Source: an uncultured Algibacter sp. (GTDB lineage Bacteria; Bacteroidota; Bacteroidia; Flavobacteriales; Flavobacteriaceae). Taken from it: a DNA stretch of 64,000 nt. A model generated the notes under the pieces. That model ran no database searches, was not told the origin of the DNA, and worked only from the letters and a program-made list of their open reading frames with translations. This document shows, piece by piece, positions 1-9,129 of this stretch. Made by a program: the position numbers and the translations under genes. Position 1 is the stretch's first letter; every line of letters starts with the position of its first letter. The stretch lies in contig CALGNX010000004.1 of the NCBI GenBank assembly GCA_937958265.1, forward strand, positions 2,063 to 66,062, given 5' to 3'.

Positions 1-725
1 TTGATCCAAATAGTATAGCAGGTAATGATGATGGAGACCAAAGCGAAGATGATGAAGATGTGGCATTCATTAACACACCAAGTGTTGATATTTCGGTAAA
101 TAAAACCGTAGATAACGCGACGCCTTCAATTGCAGATGCTGTTGTCTTTACTATACAGGTTTCTAATTTAGGAAGTATGAATGCAACATCTGTTGAGATT
201 ATTGATTTACTTCCAAGTGGGTACGAGTTTGTATCTTATGTGGCGTCTTCGGGAATTTATGATGAATCGTCTGGATTTTGGGCTATAGAAACAGTTTTAC
301 CAGGCACAAGTGAAACACTACAAATGACAGTTAAAGTTTTGGATATTAACGACTACGTAAATACAGCATCGCTAGAATTCTTGGATCAAATTGATTTAAA
401 TGAAAACAATAACGTTTCTGATGCTGCTATTGAGCCACAATGTTTAACCATTTATAATGAGTTTTCGCCTAATGGAAATGGGAAAAATGAGTTTTTCTAT
501 ATTGATTGTATAAATAATTATCCTGACAATACGCTTGAAGTTTATAACAGATGGGGTAATGTTGTTTATGTTAAAGAGGGTTACAATAATACTTTTGATG
601 GTATATCTAACGGTAGAGCTGTAGTTAACAAAAACGAAAAATTACCAGTGGGTACCTATTATTATATCTTGGATTTAGGAGATGGAACAGAGCCTAAAGC
701 TGGTTGGTTGTATATAGTAAGGTAA
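1..725 (+). CDS. Cell-surface protein with a DUF11-type repeat and a T9SS type B C-terminal sorting domain. It is partial because the 5' end lies outside the window.
   Basis: Frame 3 is open from nt 3, so the GTG at 60 is not the true start. The DUF11-like segment reads VNKTVDNATPSIADAVVFTIQVSNLGSMNATSVEIIDLLPSGYEFV. The C-terminal ~90 aa (YNEFSPNGNGKNEFFYIDCI...LEVYNRWGNVVY...PVGTYYYIL) match the gliding-motility-associated/T9SS type B sorting domain. Confidence 0.8.
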   Translation, partial: DPNSIAGNDDGDQSEDDEDVAFINTPSVDISVNKTVDNATPSIADAVVFTIQVSNLGSMNATSVEIIDLLPSGYEFVSYVASSGIYDESSGFWAIETVLPGTSETLQMTVKVLDINDYVNTASLEFLDQIDLNENNNVSDAAIEPQCLTIYNEFSPNGNGKNEFFYIDCINNYPDNTLEVYNRWGNVVYVKEGYNNTFDGISNGRAVVNKNEKLPVGTYYYILDLGDGTEPKAGWLYIVR

Positions 726-775
726 ACAAGGAGAAATACAAACGAGGAGAATACATCATTTATAAAAATTTAGAG

Positions 776-1693
776 ATGAATTTAAAATTAAAAATAGCAT
801 TTGTACTAGCATTATTGTTGGCATTAAAGTATAGTAATGCTCAGCAGGACCCGCAGTTTACAGATTACATGTTCAATACATTAACTGTTAATTCTGCTTA
901 CGCTGGTTCAAGAGGGCATTTAAGTGTAACAGGTCTCCATAGAACCCAATGGGTTGGTTTGGATGGTGCTCCGGAAACACAATCTTTAAGTGTGGAATCA
1001 CCAGTAGGAAAAAATGTTGGTTTGGGAGTTGTTTTAGTTAACGACCGTTTGGGGCCGTCAGATGAATTTTATATAGATGCTAATTTCTCATATACCGTAA
1101 ATTTAAATAATGATAGTCGCTTGTCTTTCGGGATAAAAGGCGGTGGTCGGTTATTGAACATTGATTGGGCAAGAGGAATTTTTCAAGAACAAGAAAATGT
1201 ATTTCAACAGAATATAGAGAATAAACTGTTGCCAACTATAGGCGCTGGTCTTTATTGGAGGAATGAGGCTAGTTATTTTGGGCTGTCGGTTCCTAATTTT
1301 TTAACTAACGAACATTATGATGGTGTACAAAATGCTGTTTCTGCAGAGCGATTACATTATTTTTTAATAGGTGGTAAAGTTTTTGATTTGAGTAGAAGGG
1401 TTAAGTTTAAGCCTGCATTTTTAGCAAAGTTTGTAGTAGGTGCGCCTGCTGTAATAGATTTATCCGCAAATTTTATGTTTCATGATACTTTAAGGCTTGG
1501 TTTAGCATACCGCTGGGACGATTCTGTTAGTGGTTTAATAGGTTTTCAGCTAAGTCCTCAGTTAATGGTTGGTTACGCTTATGATGCTACTACAACTAAC
1601 TTGCAAAATTTTAATTCTGGAACGCACGAAATTATGCTGCGTTTTGAATTAAGGTCTAGAGAAAAACAATTAAAATCCCCACGTTTCTTTTAA
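776..1693 (+). CDS. PorP/SprF family type IX secretion system membrane protein
   Basis: The signal peptide MNLKLKIAFVLALLLALKYSNAQQ is followed by the family hallmark DPQFTDYMFN and NSAYAG. I chose the ATG at 776 rather than the track start at 704, because 704 overlaps the upstream gene and precedes the signal peptide. Confidence 0.85.
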   Translation: MNLKLKIAFVLALLLALKYSNAQQDPQFTDYMFNTLTVNSAYAGSRGHLSVTGLHRTQWVGLDGAPETQSLSVESPVGKNVGLGVVLVNDRLGPSDEFYIDANFSYTVNLNNDSRLSFGIKGGGRLLNIDWARGIFQEQENVFQQNIENKLLPTIGAGLYWRNEASYFGLSVPNFLTNEHYDGVQNAVSAERLHYFLIGGKVFDLSRRVKFKPAFLAKFVVGAPAVIDLSANFMFHDTLRLGLAYRWDDSVSGLIGFQLSPQLMVGYAYDATTTNLQNFNSGTHEIMLRFELRSREKQLKSPRFF

Positions 1694-1704
1694 AAATAAA
1701 CTAC

Positions 1705-3726
1705 ATGAAAAATATAATTACACTTTTATTACTATTTGCATTTGGTATGTCTTTTTCGCAAAGCAAATGGAAAAAAGCAGATAGATTGTTTGAAAAAATG
1801 TGGTATAAAGAAGCTTCTGTACTTTATGAATTAGAACTTAAAAGCCTTGAAAAAAACAGTAATAAGTCTAAAAAAATTGAAGATTCAACTTATATAAAAC
1901 TCTTGCAAAGAGGGGGAGACTCCTATTTTTTTAATACCGATATGGAAAATGCCCATGCCTGGTATGATAAATTAGTACCTGAATTTTATTCGAATATTAA
2001 TGCAGAATATATTTTTCGATATGCGCATACATTACAAGGTATTGGAAAGTATAAGGAAGCAAAAAAATGGATGAAAACCTTTGCAAAACTTACGGAAAAT
2101 AAAGATGATAGATCTCGTTTACTTAATCAAAAAAACTTAACCATTCAGGATGTTTTAGATATTGAACCTCAGTTCTTACTAAAAAACGTTGCTGTAAATA
2201 CCAAGTATTCAGATTTTGGTCCTATGTACTACAAGGATCAATTAGTGTATTCATCTGCGGTAGATTCGTCAAGTTTTCATACCAGGGTATATCATTGGAA
2301 TGATCAACCATTTTTAAATATGTATTTGGGTGAACTAAATGCGATGGAGTCTGATTTGAAATTAATTGATGCGTTTTCTAATACACTAAATACACGTTAT
2401 CATGAGGCTACATTAGCTTTCTCTCCAGATGAAACTAAAGTTTATTTTACTAGAAATAATTATCAGAACAGTTTAAAACGAGATAGTAAAGGTACAAATC
2501 ACTTAAAATTATATAGTGCGGAATTACGAAAAAATGAGGATAGCAGTTCAACGTGGCAAAATGTAAAAGAACTACCGTTTAATAGTGATAATTATTCTGT
2601 AGGCCATCCTACTGTGAGTCGTGATGGTAAGTTGTTGTATTTTGTTTCCGACATGCCTGGGTCGATAGGCGCAACAGATATTTTTGTAGTCGATATTTTA
2701 GAGGCTCCCGCAAATACTACAGTGTTAGATAGTACATTTACAGGCTATTCTAAGCCAAGAAATTTAGGTGAAAGCGTAAATACTGCAGGTCGAGAAATGT
2801 TTCCTTATGTTACCGACAAGGCATTGTATTTAGCTTCAGATGGGCATTTAGGTTTAGGAGGATTAGATGTTTACGAAAGTAGAATTGTAGATAAAAATTT
2901 TCAAAACCCTGTAAATTTAGGCGCTCCTTTAAATAGCAAAATGGACGATTTTGGTTTTATAATAAATGAGCAAAAAAATAAGGGTTTTGTATGTTCTAAT
3001 AGGCTAACAGGAAAGGGCGATGATGATATTTATTCTTTTGTACGTTCACCAAAAGAAGAGCCAGTATGCGAACAAACAATAAGCGGTTATGTATCTAATA
3101 ATATGACAGGGGAACGTATTTCTAATGTAAAAGTAACCTTGTTATCTGCCACAGGAAGTGAATTAGATACATCTACAACCAATTTATCTGGTGCGTATAA
3201 ATTTAATACTGTGCTTAATTGCGATACTAAATTTAAAGTAATAGCTACAAAAATTGGATATGAATCTAAAGATAAGTTAGTTATTACTTTAAATGAAAAT
3301 GGAGAAACGCTTGTGCCTCTAGGTCTAGAAACACTCAATGAACTTATTGTTGAGGAGCAAGGTGTTTTAAAAATTAAAATAGGAATTATTTATTTCGATT
3401 TGGATAAATCATATATTAGAACCGATGCATCAATAGAGTTAAATAAAATTGTTTTACTAATGAAACAGTATCCTAAAATGGTTATAAAAATAGAGTCTCA
3501 TACCGATTCTAGAAATAGTGATGCCTATAATTTAAGCTTATCAGACAGAAGAGCTAAAGCAACAAGAGATTATATTGTAAGTCAGGGTATTATGTTGAAA
3601 AGGGTTGAGAGTGCTTTGGGGTTTGGGGAGTCTCAGTTAATTAATAATTGTAAAAATGGTGTAAAATGTTCCGAAGTGGCGCATCAACTCAATAGGCGCT
3701 CAGAGTTTATAATTGTTAAAATGTAG
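1705..3726 (+). CDS. OmpA family protein (TPR-like N-terminus, TolB/WD40-like beta-propeller repeats, CarboxypepD_reg-like region, C-terminal OmpA peptidoglycan-binding domain)
   Basis: It has a signal peptide. The C-terminus (IYFDLDKSYIRTDA...IESHTDSRNSDAYNLSLSDRRAKATRDYIV...NRRSEFIIV) is a canonical OmpA_C-like domain. This is the usual third gene after type B cargo and PorP/SprF in Flavobacteriia. Confidence 0.85.
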   Translation: MKNIITLLLLFAFGMSFSQSKWKKADRLFEKMWYKEASVLYELELKSLEKNSNKSKKIEDSTYIKLLQRGGDSYFFNTDMENAHAWYDKLVPEFYSNINAEYIFRYAHTLQGIGKYKEAKKWMKTFAKLTENKDDRSRLLNQKNLTIQDVLDIEPQFLLKNVAVNTKYSDFGPMYYKDQLVYSSAVDSSSFHTRVYHWNDQPFLNMYLGELNAMESDLKLIDAFSNTLNTRYHEATLAFSPDETKVYFTRNNYQNSLKRDSKGTNHLKLYSAELRKNEDSSSTWQNVKELPFNSDNYSVGHPTVSRDGKLLYFVSDMPGSIGATDIFVVDILEAPANTTVLDSTFTGYSKPRNLGESVNTAGREMFPYVTDKALYLASDGHLGLGGLDVYESRIVDKNFQNPVNLGAPLNSKMDDFGFIINEQKNKGFVCSNRLTGKGDDDIYSFVRSPKEEPVCEQTISGYVSNNMTGERISNVKVTLLSATGSELDTSTTNLSGAYKFNTVLNCDTKFKVIATKIGYESKDKLVITLNENGETLVPLGLETLNELIVEEQGVLKIKIGIIYFDLDKSYIRTDASIELNKIVLLMKQYPKMVIKIESHTDSRNSDAYNLSLSDRRAKATRDYIVSQGIMLKRVESALGFGESQLINNCKNGVKCSEVAHQLNRRSEFIIVKM

Positions 3727-3800
3727 CTAGGCTAATTTTATAATTGAAAACATGCACCATCATAATTATATAAAGCCTATTCGTGAATTTGAGTTATACT

Positions 3801-3956
3801 AAACTATGATTTAAACTTGGGCTAAAGAACTTGAATTATATCGTGCCTATATAAGAAAGAAAATCAAAGTATAGCCTTCCTTAGCTACGGTTTTATCTTG
3901 AAATAGAGGTGCGATAGAAACGCGTTATTAGCCTTCTTTTATATTTTAATTGGTAT
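3801..3956 (+). repeat. AT-rich dispersed intergenic repeat, family B, copy 1 (~155 bp)
   Basis: It aligns by eye at roughly 90% identity with 39001-39153, in the same orientation. Shared blocks include GGCTAAAGAACTTGAATTATATCGT, AATCAAAGTATAGCCTT, GAAATAGAGGTG and AACGCGTTATTAGCCTTCTTTTATATTTTAATTGGTAT. Confidence 0.8.
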
Positions 3957-4195
3957 TAGCATTTTACAGTGTAGAACATTTTAAAAAGAGGTTAATGACC
4001 ATCAAATTAAAGGCTTTATTATGCTGTTTTAGGAAGTTTCTGTCTAACTTCCTAGAGTTTTGTAAATAAAGAAATTACTATATAATTTTATTTTCTATTT
4101 ATAACGCTATATATGGTATTTCTAAAAAACGAAAAGATTAAAATCAACTTGGCCACTTACACTTATTACTTGAATATAGCTGTAACCAAATTAAA

Positions 4196-4228
4196 AACAA
4201 AAAAACCACCTATAACAGGTGGTTTTTT
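4196..4228. terminator. Bidirectional rho-independent terminator
   Basis: An 8-bp stem (AACCACCT / AGGTGGTT) with a 5-nt loop is flanked by an A-run upstream and a T-run downstream. It lies 20 nt past the stop of the minus-strand lipoprotein gene. Confidence 0.7.
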
Positions 4229-4247
4229 AAAATATGGAGACTAAAAA

Positions 4248-4793
4248 TTAGTGTGTTATAGATTTTAATTTATTAGTTTGTTCTTTAACTGCATTTCCTG
4301 CCTTGTCGGAAGCAGTATTAATAGATTCTTTTGCATTATCCATTGCTTTGTTAGTTGCATCTTTAGCGGAGTTGACAGCGTTTCCGGCTGCATCCTTAGC
4401 CGAATTTACAGTGTTTCCAGCTGCATTAACAGCGTTTCCAGCAGCATCTTTAGCGGAGTTCACGGCGTTTCCAGCAGCATCAACAACGTTTCCAGCAGCA
4501 TCTTTTGCAGCGTCACCTACTGCGTTTACGGCATTTCCAGCAGCATCAACAACATTTTCAGCGGCACCTCCTACGGCATTGCCTGCTTGGTTTACAGCAT
4601 TATTTGTTTTGTCTACTGCAGAATTTACAGCATTTCCAGCTGCATCACCTGCACTTTCAACAGTGTTAGTTGCAGAGTTGGCCGCGTTATTTATAGAGTC
4701 TTGAAGGGATTCCCCCTCTTTAGTTTCTCTACAAGATGTTACCGTTAAAGTTAAGGTTAATAGTAAGGTTGAAGTAATTAGTAGTTTTTTCAT
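4248..4793 (-). CDS. Repeat-rich lipoprotein of unknown function (Ala/Asn/Gly-rich tandem 7/11-residue units)
   Basis: The lipobox signal is MKKLLITSTLLLTLTLTVTSC. The body is tandem AGNAVNSAKDA / AGNAVNA / AGNVVDA units. The DNA shows matching 33- and 21-nt periodic units between about 4330 and 4650. Confidence 0.7.
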   Translation of the reverse strand: MKKLLITSTLLLTLTLTVTSCRETKEGESLQDSINNAANSATNTVESAGDAAGNAVNSAVDKTNNAVNQAGNAVGGAAENVVDAAGNAVNAVGDAAKDAAGNVVDAAGNAVNSAKDAAGNAVNAAGNTVNSAKDAAGNAVNSAKDATNKAMDNAKESINTASDKAGNAVKEQTNKLKSITH

Positions 4794-4876
4794 GAGTTTA
4801 TATTTAATTAGGCTCCTAAGTTAACAACTTTTATTAGAATTAACATTTATTTTATAAAAACATTAAAAAAAATCTT

Positions 4877-6112
4877 TCATATATGTAAGTATTTTATTAT
4901 TTCTTTTACTGCTCCTTTTTTATTTAAAATGAAGGTTTTATTTTTGAGCCCGCTAGTTGCTCTAATTGCATTGTTACTTATTAGCTTTTTAAGCACCTTG
5001 TTAAAGGTTGTGCTGTCTTTTATGGAGTACATGCCGCCGTTGTTAATTAGTGCCTGTGCTTCGGGAAAATTATTATGTTTGTTTCCTATAATTACAGGTA
5101 CACCAAATACCGCAGGTTCTAGCGTGTTATGCAGCCCTGTGTCTCCTAAAGCACCACCCACATACGCAATATCAGCATAGCTGTAAATTTTAGATAGTAA
5201 GCCTATGGTATCTATAATAAAAACTTGATGGTTGGAGGGGTCTATAGCCGTTTTTTCAGAAAATAAAATGGATTTTGATTGTAGTTGCGCTTGTAAGTTT
5301 TTAATGCGTTTTGGTTTAATATCATGAGGAGCAATAATAAATTTTACGTTTTTTGAGGCTTCAGAATTTATAAAATTAATTAATAAAGTTTCTCCTTCTG
5401 GCCACGTGCTGCCTGCAACAACACAGAGTTGGTTGTTTTTAAAATTATTAATAAAGGTTAGGGTATTATCAATGCTAAGTTGGTTTGAAACTCTATCGTA
5501 ACGTGTATCTCCACTAACAGTAACTTTGTGGTAATTTATAGTTTTTAATATCGATTTAGAGGCTTCGTCTTGGGTAAAAATATGTTCAAAAGCAAATAAA
5601 GCATTTCTTAATGGTTTTCCATAAAATTTAAAATACGTTTGGTTTTTTCTAAATGTAGCAGAAATTAGCAACGCACGTAGCTGTTTCCTTTTTAAAATAT
5701 TTAAAAAATTTGGCCAAATATCATATTTAACAAAAATGGTAAGTTCCGGATTAATGATATTTAAAAAGCGTTCGGCATTCGTTTTACTGTCTAAAGGAAG
5801 GTAGATTACAATATCTGAAATTGGACAGTTTTTTCGGACTTCATATCCGGATGGTGAAAAAAAACTTAATACAATTTTATGATTTTTATAGTGTTTTCTT
5901 AATTCGGAAAAAAGAGGAAGACCTTGCTCGTACTCACCTAAAGAGGCGCAATGAAACCATATGGTTTTGTCCTTTTCACGTAATTGATTGGCTAAAATTT
6001 TGAACGTATTTTTTCTGCCTAAAACGCCTTTTTTTAGTTTTTCACTAAATAGAGCCCCTACTTGTAGTAGTAGGCTGGTTATAAAAACTGCTGTATTGTA
6101 AATAAAATGCAC
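4877..6112 (-). CDS. waaA: 3-deoxy-D-manno-octulosonic acid (Kdo) transferase
   Basis: An N-terminal membrane anchor is followed by WFHCASLGEYEQGLPL and the C-terminal GGALGDTGLHNTLEPAVFGVPVIIG, both typical of KdtA/WaaA (GT30). Confidence 0.85.
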   Translation of the reverse strand: MHFIYNTAVFITSLLLQVGALFSEKLKKGVLGRKNTFKILANQLREKDKTIWFHCASLGEYEQGLPLFSELRKHYKNHKIVLSFFSPSGYEVRKNCPISDIVIYLPLDSKTNAERFLNIINPELTIFVKYDIWPNFLNILKRKQLRALLISATFRKNQTYFKFYGKPLRNALFAFEHIFTQDEASKSILKTINYHKVTVSGDTRYDRVSNQLSIDNTLTFINNFKNNQLCVVAGSTWPEGETLLINFINSEASKNVKFIIAPHDIKPKRIKNLQAQLQSKSILFSEKTAIDPSNHQVFIIDTIGLLSKIYSYADIAYVGGALGDTGLHNTLEPAVFGVPVIIGNKHNNFPEAQALINNGGMYSIKDSTTFNKVLKKLISNNAIRATSGLKNKTFILNKKGAVKEIIKYLHI

Positions 6113-6264
6113 TATTATTTATTTGCTAAAATACAGTTCTTTGAAATAAATTCATTGCTAGGCGCAAATCATTTTTGTAATTTTGTAGTGAGCACTGTTA
6201 TTATATTAGTGAATAAATAAAGCTGAATTGAATTTTAAAATCAACCAGGTGTTAATTTTTTTAG

Positions 6265-6415
6265 ATGAATAAAATTCAAATGGTAGGCCTTAAAGGTCAA
6301 TACGCGGTGATAAAAGATATCGTTAACCCGTCTATTTAAGAAGTTATTGAAAACACAGCATTTAATTATGGACCAAAGGTTCATGATGTAAAAGTAACAA
6401 CACTAAAATTTATAA
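6265..6415 (+). pseudogene. 5' remnant of a DegT/DnrJ/EryC1/StrS-family sugar aminotransferase gene
   Basis: The translation is MNKIQMVGLKGQYAVIKDIVNPSI*EVIENTAFNYGPKVHD. It matches the very conserved N-terminus of this family (KIQMVDLK.QY..IK......I.EV....AFI.GP.V..F). It carries an in-frame TAA and loses similarity after about 45 codons, directly abutting the galE start. Confidence 0.55.
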
Positions 6416-7441
6416 ATGGATAAAATAGTAGTAACGGGCGGTTTGGGATTTATTGGATCGCATACCGTTGTTGAGTTACAAAATAGCGGATATCATGTTG
6501 TTATTATTGACGATTTATCAAATTCAACTGAAAAAGTATTGGAAGGTATTACTTCAATAACAGGTAAAACCCCTATTTTTGAGAAACTTGATTTAAAAAA
6601 TAAAACAGCTGTTAAGGCTTTTTTTGTTAAGCATAACGATGTAAAAGGTGTTATACATTTTGCGGCTAGTAAGGCTGTAGGCGAAAGTATTATAGAGCCC
6701 TTGTTATATTACGAAAATAATGTAAGTACGTTAGTGTATGTGCTTAGTGAGTTAAGGAAATTACCAGCTGTGTCATTTATTTTTAGCTCTTCTTGTACAG
6801 TTTATGGCCAGGCTGATGCATTACCAATTACAGAGCACGCACCCATAAAAATACCAGAGTCTCCTTACGGCAATACAAAGCAAATAGGAGAAGAAATTAT
6901 TAGAGATACTTGTAAAGTTGTACCCGCTTTAAAAGCTATAGCTTTACGTTATTTTAATCCTGTAGGTGCACACAAGTCTATTGAAATTGGAGAATTACCA
7001 ATAGGTGTGCCTCAAAATTTGGTGCCATTTATTACGCAAACGGGAATAGGGCTGCGTAAAGAGTTATCGGTTTTTGGAGACGATTATCCAACTCACGATG
7101 GTACTTGTATTCGAGATTATATTCATGTTGTCGATTTAGCAAAGGCACACGTTATTGCCATGGCAAGATTACTTCAAGGTAAAAACAAATCAAATTTCGA
7201 AATTTTTAATTTGGGAACCGGTAAAGGAACTTCTGTTTTAGAGGTTGTTAAATCTTTTGAAAGAGTGTCGGGTAAGGAATTAAATTATAAAATAGTTGGT
7301 AGACGTGAAGGTGATATTGTTTCTGCCTATGCAGATACTAATAAAGCTAATAATGAACTAGGTTGGAAAACAACATTATCTTTAGATGATGCTATGTTTT
7401 CTGCATGGAAATGGGAACAGAAAATAAGAGCGACAGAATAA
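6416..7441 (+). CDS. galE: UDP-glucose 4-epimerase
   Basis: The Rossmann motif is VTGGLGFIGSH and the catalytic YxxxK is PYGNTK. It is 341 aa with typical GalE sequence throughout. Confidence 0.9.
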   Translation: MDKIVVTGGLGFIGSHTVVELQNSGYHVVIIDDLSNSTEKVLEGITSITGKTPIFEKLDLKNKTAVKAFFVKHNDVKGVIHFAASKAVGESIIEPLLYYENNVSTLVYVLSELRKLPAVSFIFSSSCTVYGQADALPITEHAPIKIPESPYGNTKQIGEEIIRDTCKVVPALKAIALRYFNPVGAHKSIEIGELPIGVPQNLVPFITQTGIGLRKELSVFGDDYPTHDGTCIRDYIHVVDLAKAHVIAMARLLQGKNKSNFEIFNLGTGKGTSVLEVVKSFERVSGKELNYKIVGRREGDIVSAYADTNKANNELGWKTTLSLDDAMFSAWKWEQKIRATE

Positions 7442-7585
7442 TTGTTTTGGTTAGTGTTTCAAATTGTTTTTTATATTGAAGGGAAACATGTCTTGGTTTA
7501 CTATAAATCTTAATTTTGTTTGCCAGCTTTTAGGAGTGCATTTTATTAGAATGTTGGCAACTAATTTATTGATTTTTAGGTATTA

Positions 7586-7619
7586 AAAAGAGCGTTAATT
7601 TAAAATTAACGCTCTTTTT
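7586..7619. terminator. Bidirectional rho-independent terminator between convergent galE and lspA
   Basis: A near-perfect inverted repeat (GAGCGTTAATT / AATTAACGCTC) is flanked by AAAA and TTTTT. Confidence 0.7.
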
Positions 7620-7660
7620 AATATAATTATACTAATTATAGGAAGCTGTTTTCTGTGGTT

Positions 7661-8158
7661 TTATGCAGAAGCTTTATTTTTGCTTTTAAACATCATAATC
7701 ACTAATATAATCATACCGGTGCTAACGGATAAATCGGCTAAATTAAATACACCTGTTCTTATCGTGTCTGTGAGTTTCATGAATAAAAAATCTGTAACCT
7801 CACCATAAGCATAGCGGTCGTAAACATTAGCAATACCACCACCAATAATACTTGCAAAGGCAAATAACGACCAGTTATCTAGAGTTTTGTCTTTAAAAAT
7901 GTGGCGTAAAACAAAGCCTAATACAACCACGGGTAAAATAAGAAGTAAAAGAACTCTAAATGTTTCGTTTAAATCGCTACCCATACCTAAAAATGCACCT
8001 TGGTTTTTTACGTGAAGTAATTGGAAGAAGTCTCCAATAATAGGAGTGAAAGAACCCATTTTTACGTGTTTTACTACAACGTATTTTGATGCCTGATCTG
8101 CAATAATTGTAAATATTATTGTTGTAAAAATGAATATGCTGCGCTTTGTGAATTTCAT
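7661..8158 (-). CDS. lspA: Lipoprotein signal peptidase (signal peptidase II)
   Basis: It has four TM segments and the conserved IIGGGIANVYDR and VFNLADLSV aspartate motifs. Its start codon directly abuts the fabD stop. Confidence 0.9.
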   Translation of the reverse strand: MKFTKRSIFIFTTIIFTIIADQASKYVVVKHVKMGSFTPIIGDFFQLLHVKNQGAFLGMGSDLNETFRVLLLLILPVVVLGFVLRHIFKDKTLDNWSLFAFASIIGGGIANVYDRYAYGEVTDFLFMKLTDTIRTGVFNLADLSVSTGMIILVIMMFKSKNKASA

Positions 8159-9052
8159 TTATAAAGCAGTTTCAAAAGTTGCGGAGGCAGTGTTTGCTTC
8201 TCTATTAATCTTTTTAACTAAACCTTGTAGTACTTTACCTGGGCCAACTTCTGTAAATAAAGTAGCGCCGTCTGTAAGCATTTGCTGTACCGATTGTGTC
8301 CAGCGTACAGGAGCGGTTAATTGCGAGATTAAATTTGTTTTTATGGCCAATTCTTCTGTAATGGATTGGGCTGTTACATTTTGGTAAATTGGGCAGTTTG
8401 GTTTGCTAAAGGTAGTATTTTCAATAGCGGTAGCAAGTTGTTCGCGAGCGGGTTCCATTAACGGGGAATGAAAGGCGCCACCAACAGGTAGTACTAAAGC
8501 ACGTCGCGCTCCTGCTGTTTTTAAAGCGTCGCATGCTTTATTTATAGCCTCTACTTCGCCAGAAATTACGAGTTGGCCTGGGCAGTTGTAATTTGCAGGT
8601 ACGACAATACCATCTATGGTTTTACATACGTTTTCTACTACGGTATCTTCAAGACCTAAAACTGCAGCCATAGTGCTTGGTTTTGTTTCGCATGCTTTTT
8701 GCATGGCTAAAGCACGTTGCGATACGAGTTTTAATCCGTCTTCGAAAGTTAAAGCGCCACTTGCAACTAGTGCTGAAAATTCACCTAGAGAATGGCCTGC
8801 AACCATATCGGGTTTAAAACTATTGCCAAGTGTTTTTGCTAAAATTACTGAGTGTAAGAAAATAGCAGGCTGGGTTACTTTTGTTTCTTTTAAGTCTTCG
8901 GCAGAGCCTTCAAACATAATATCTGTGATATTGAAACCGAGAATGTTGTTTGCTTGCTCAAATAAGCTTTGTGCTAGTGGAGATTTCTCATAAAGATCTA
9001 GACCCATTCCTGAATATTGGGCACCTTGACCAGGAAATATATATGCGTTCAT
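8159..9052 (-). CDS. fabD: Malonyl-CoA:ACP transacylase
   Basis: FPGQGAQYSGMG, the active-site motif GHSLGEFSALV, and GGAFHSPLM are all present. Confidence 0.92.
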   Translation of the reverse strand: MNAYIFPGQGAQYSGMGLDLYEKSPLAQSLFEQANNILGFNITDIMFEGSAEDLKETKVTQPAIFLHSVILAKTLGNSFKPDMVAGHSLGEFSALVASGALTFEDGLKLVSQRALAMQKACETKPSTMAAVLGLEDTVVENVCKTIDGIVVPANYNCPGQLVISGEVEAINKACDALKTAGARRALVLPVGGAFHSPLMEPAREQLATAIENTTFSKPNCPIYQNVTAQSITEELAIKTNLISQLTAPVRWTQSVQQMLTDGATLFTEVGPGKVLQGLVKKINREANTASATFETAL

Positions 9053-9129
9053 TTTATTTTATTTTTTAAGATCGCTAAATTAATAATAAATCTTTAGATG
9101 GTTTACTCTGTTTTTTGAAAGTTTGGGTT

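Noticed and set aside
704-775. The track start at 704 for the PorP/SprF gene.
   Set aside because: It overlaps the upstream cargo gene and adds 24 residues ahead of an obvious signal peptide. The ATG at 776 is the better start.
4278-4748. Two long plus-strand ORFs (4278-4748 and 4303-4704) lie antisense to the lipoprotein gene, and the tandem DNA repeats superficially resemble an array.
   Set aside because: The ORFs are low-complexity mirror images of the Ala/Asn/Gly repeats and have no signal or start context. The repeats are contiguous with no unique spacers and are in-frame coding units, so this is not a CRISPR array.
8616-8993. Numerous 60-125-aa ORFs lie antisense to or nested within well-supported genes, for example 3087-3338, 8616-8993, 24273-24557, 25245-25556, 38122-38376, 43779-44051, 53056-53406 and 57264-58117.
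   Set aside because: All lie inside confidently identified genes on the opposite strand or in another frame, and none has a recognisable domain. They are typical shadow ORFs.
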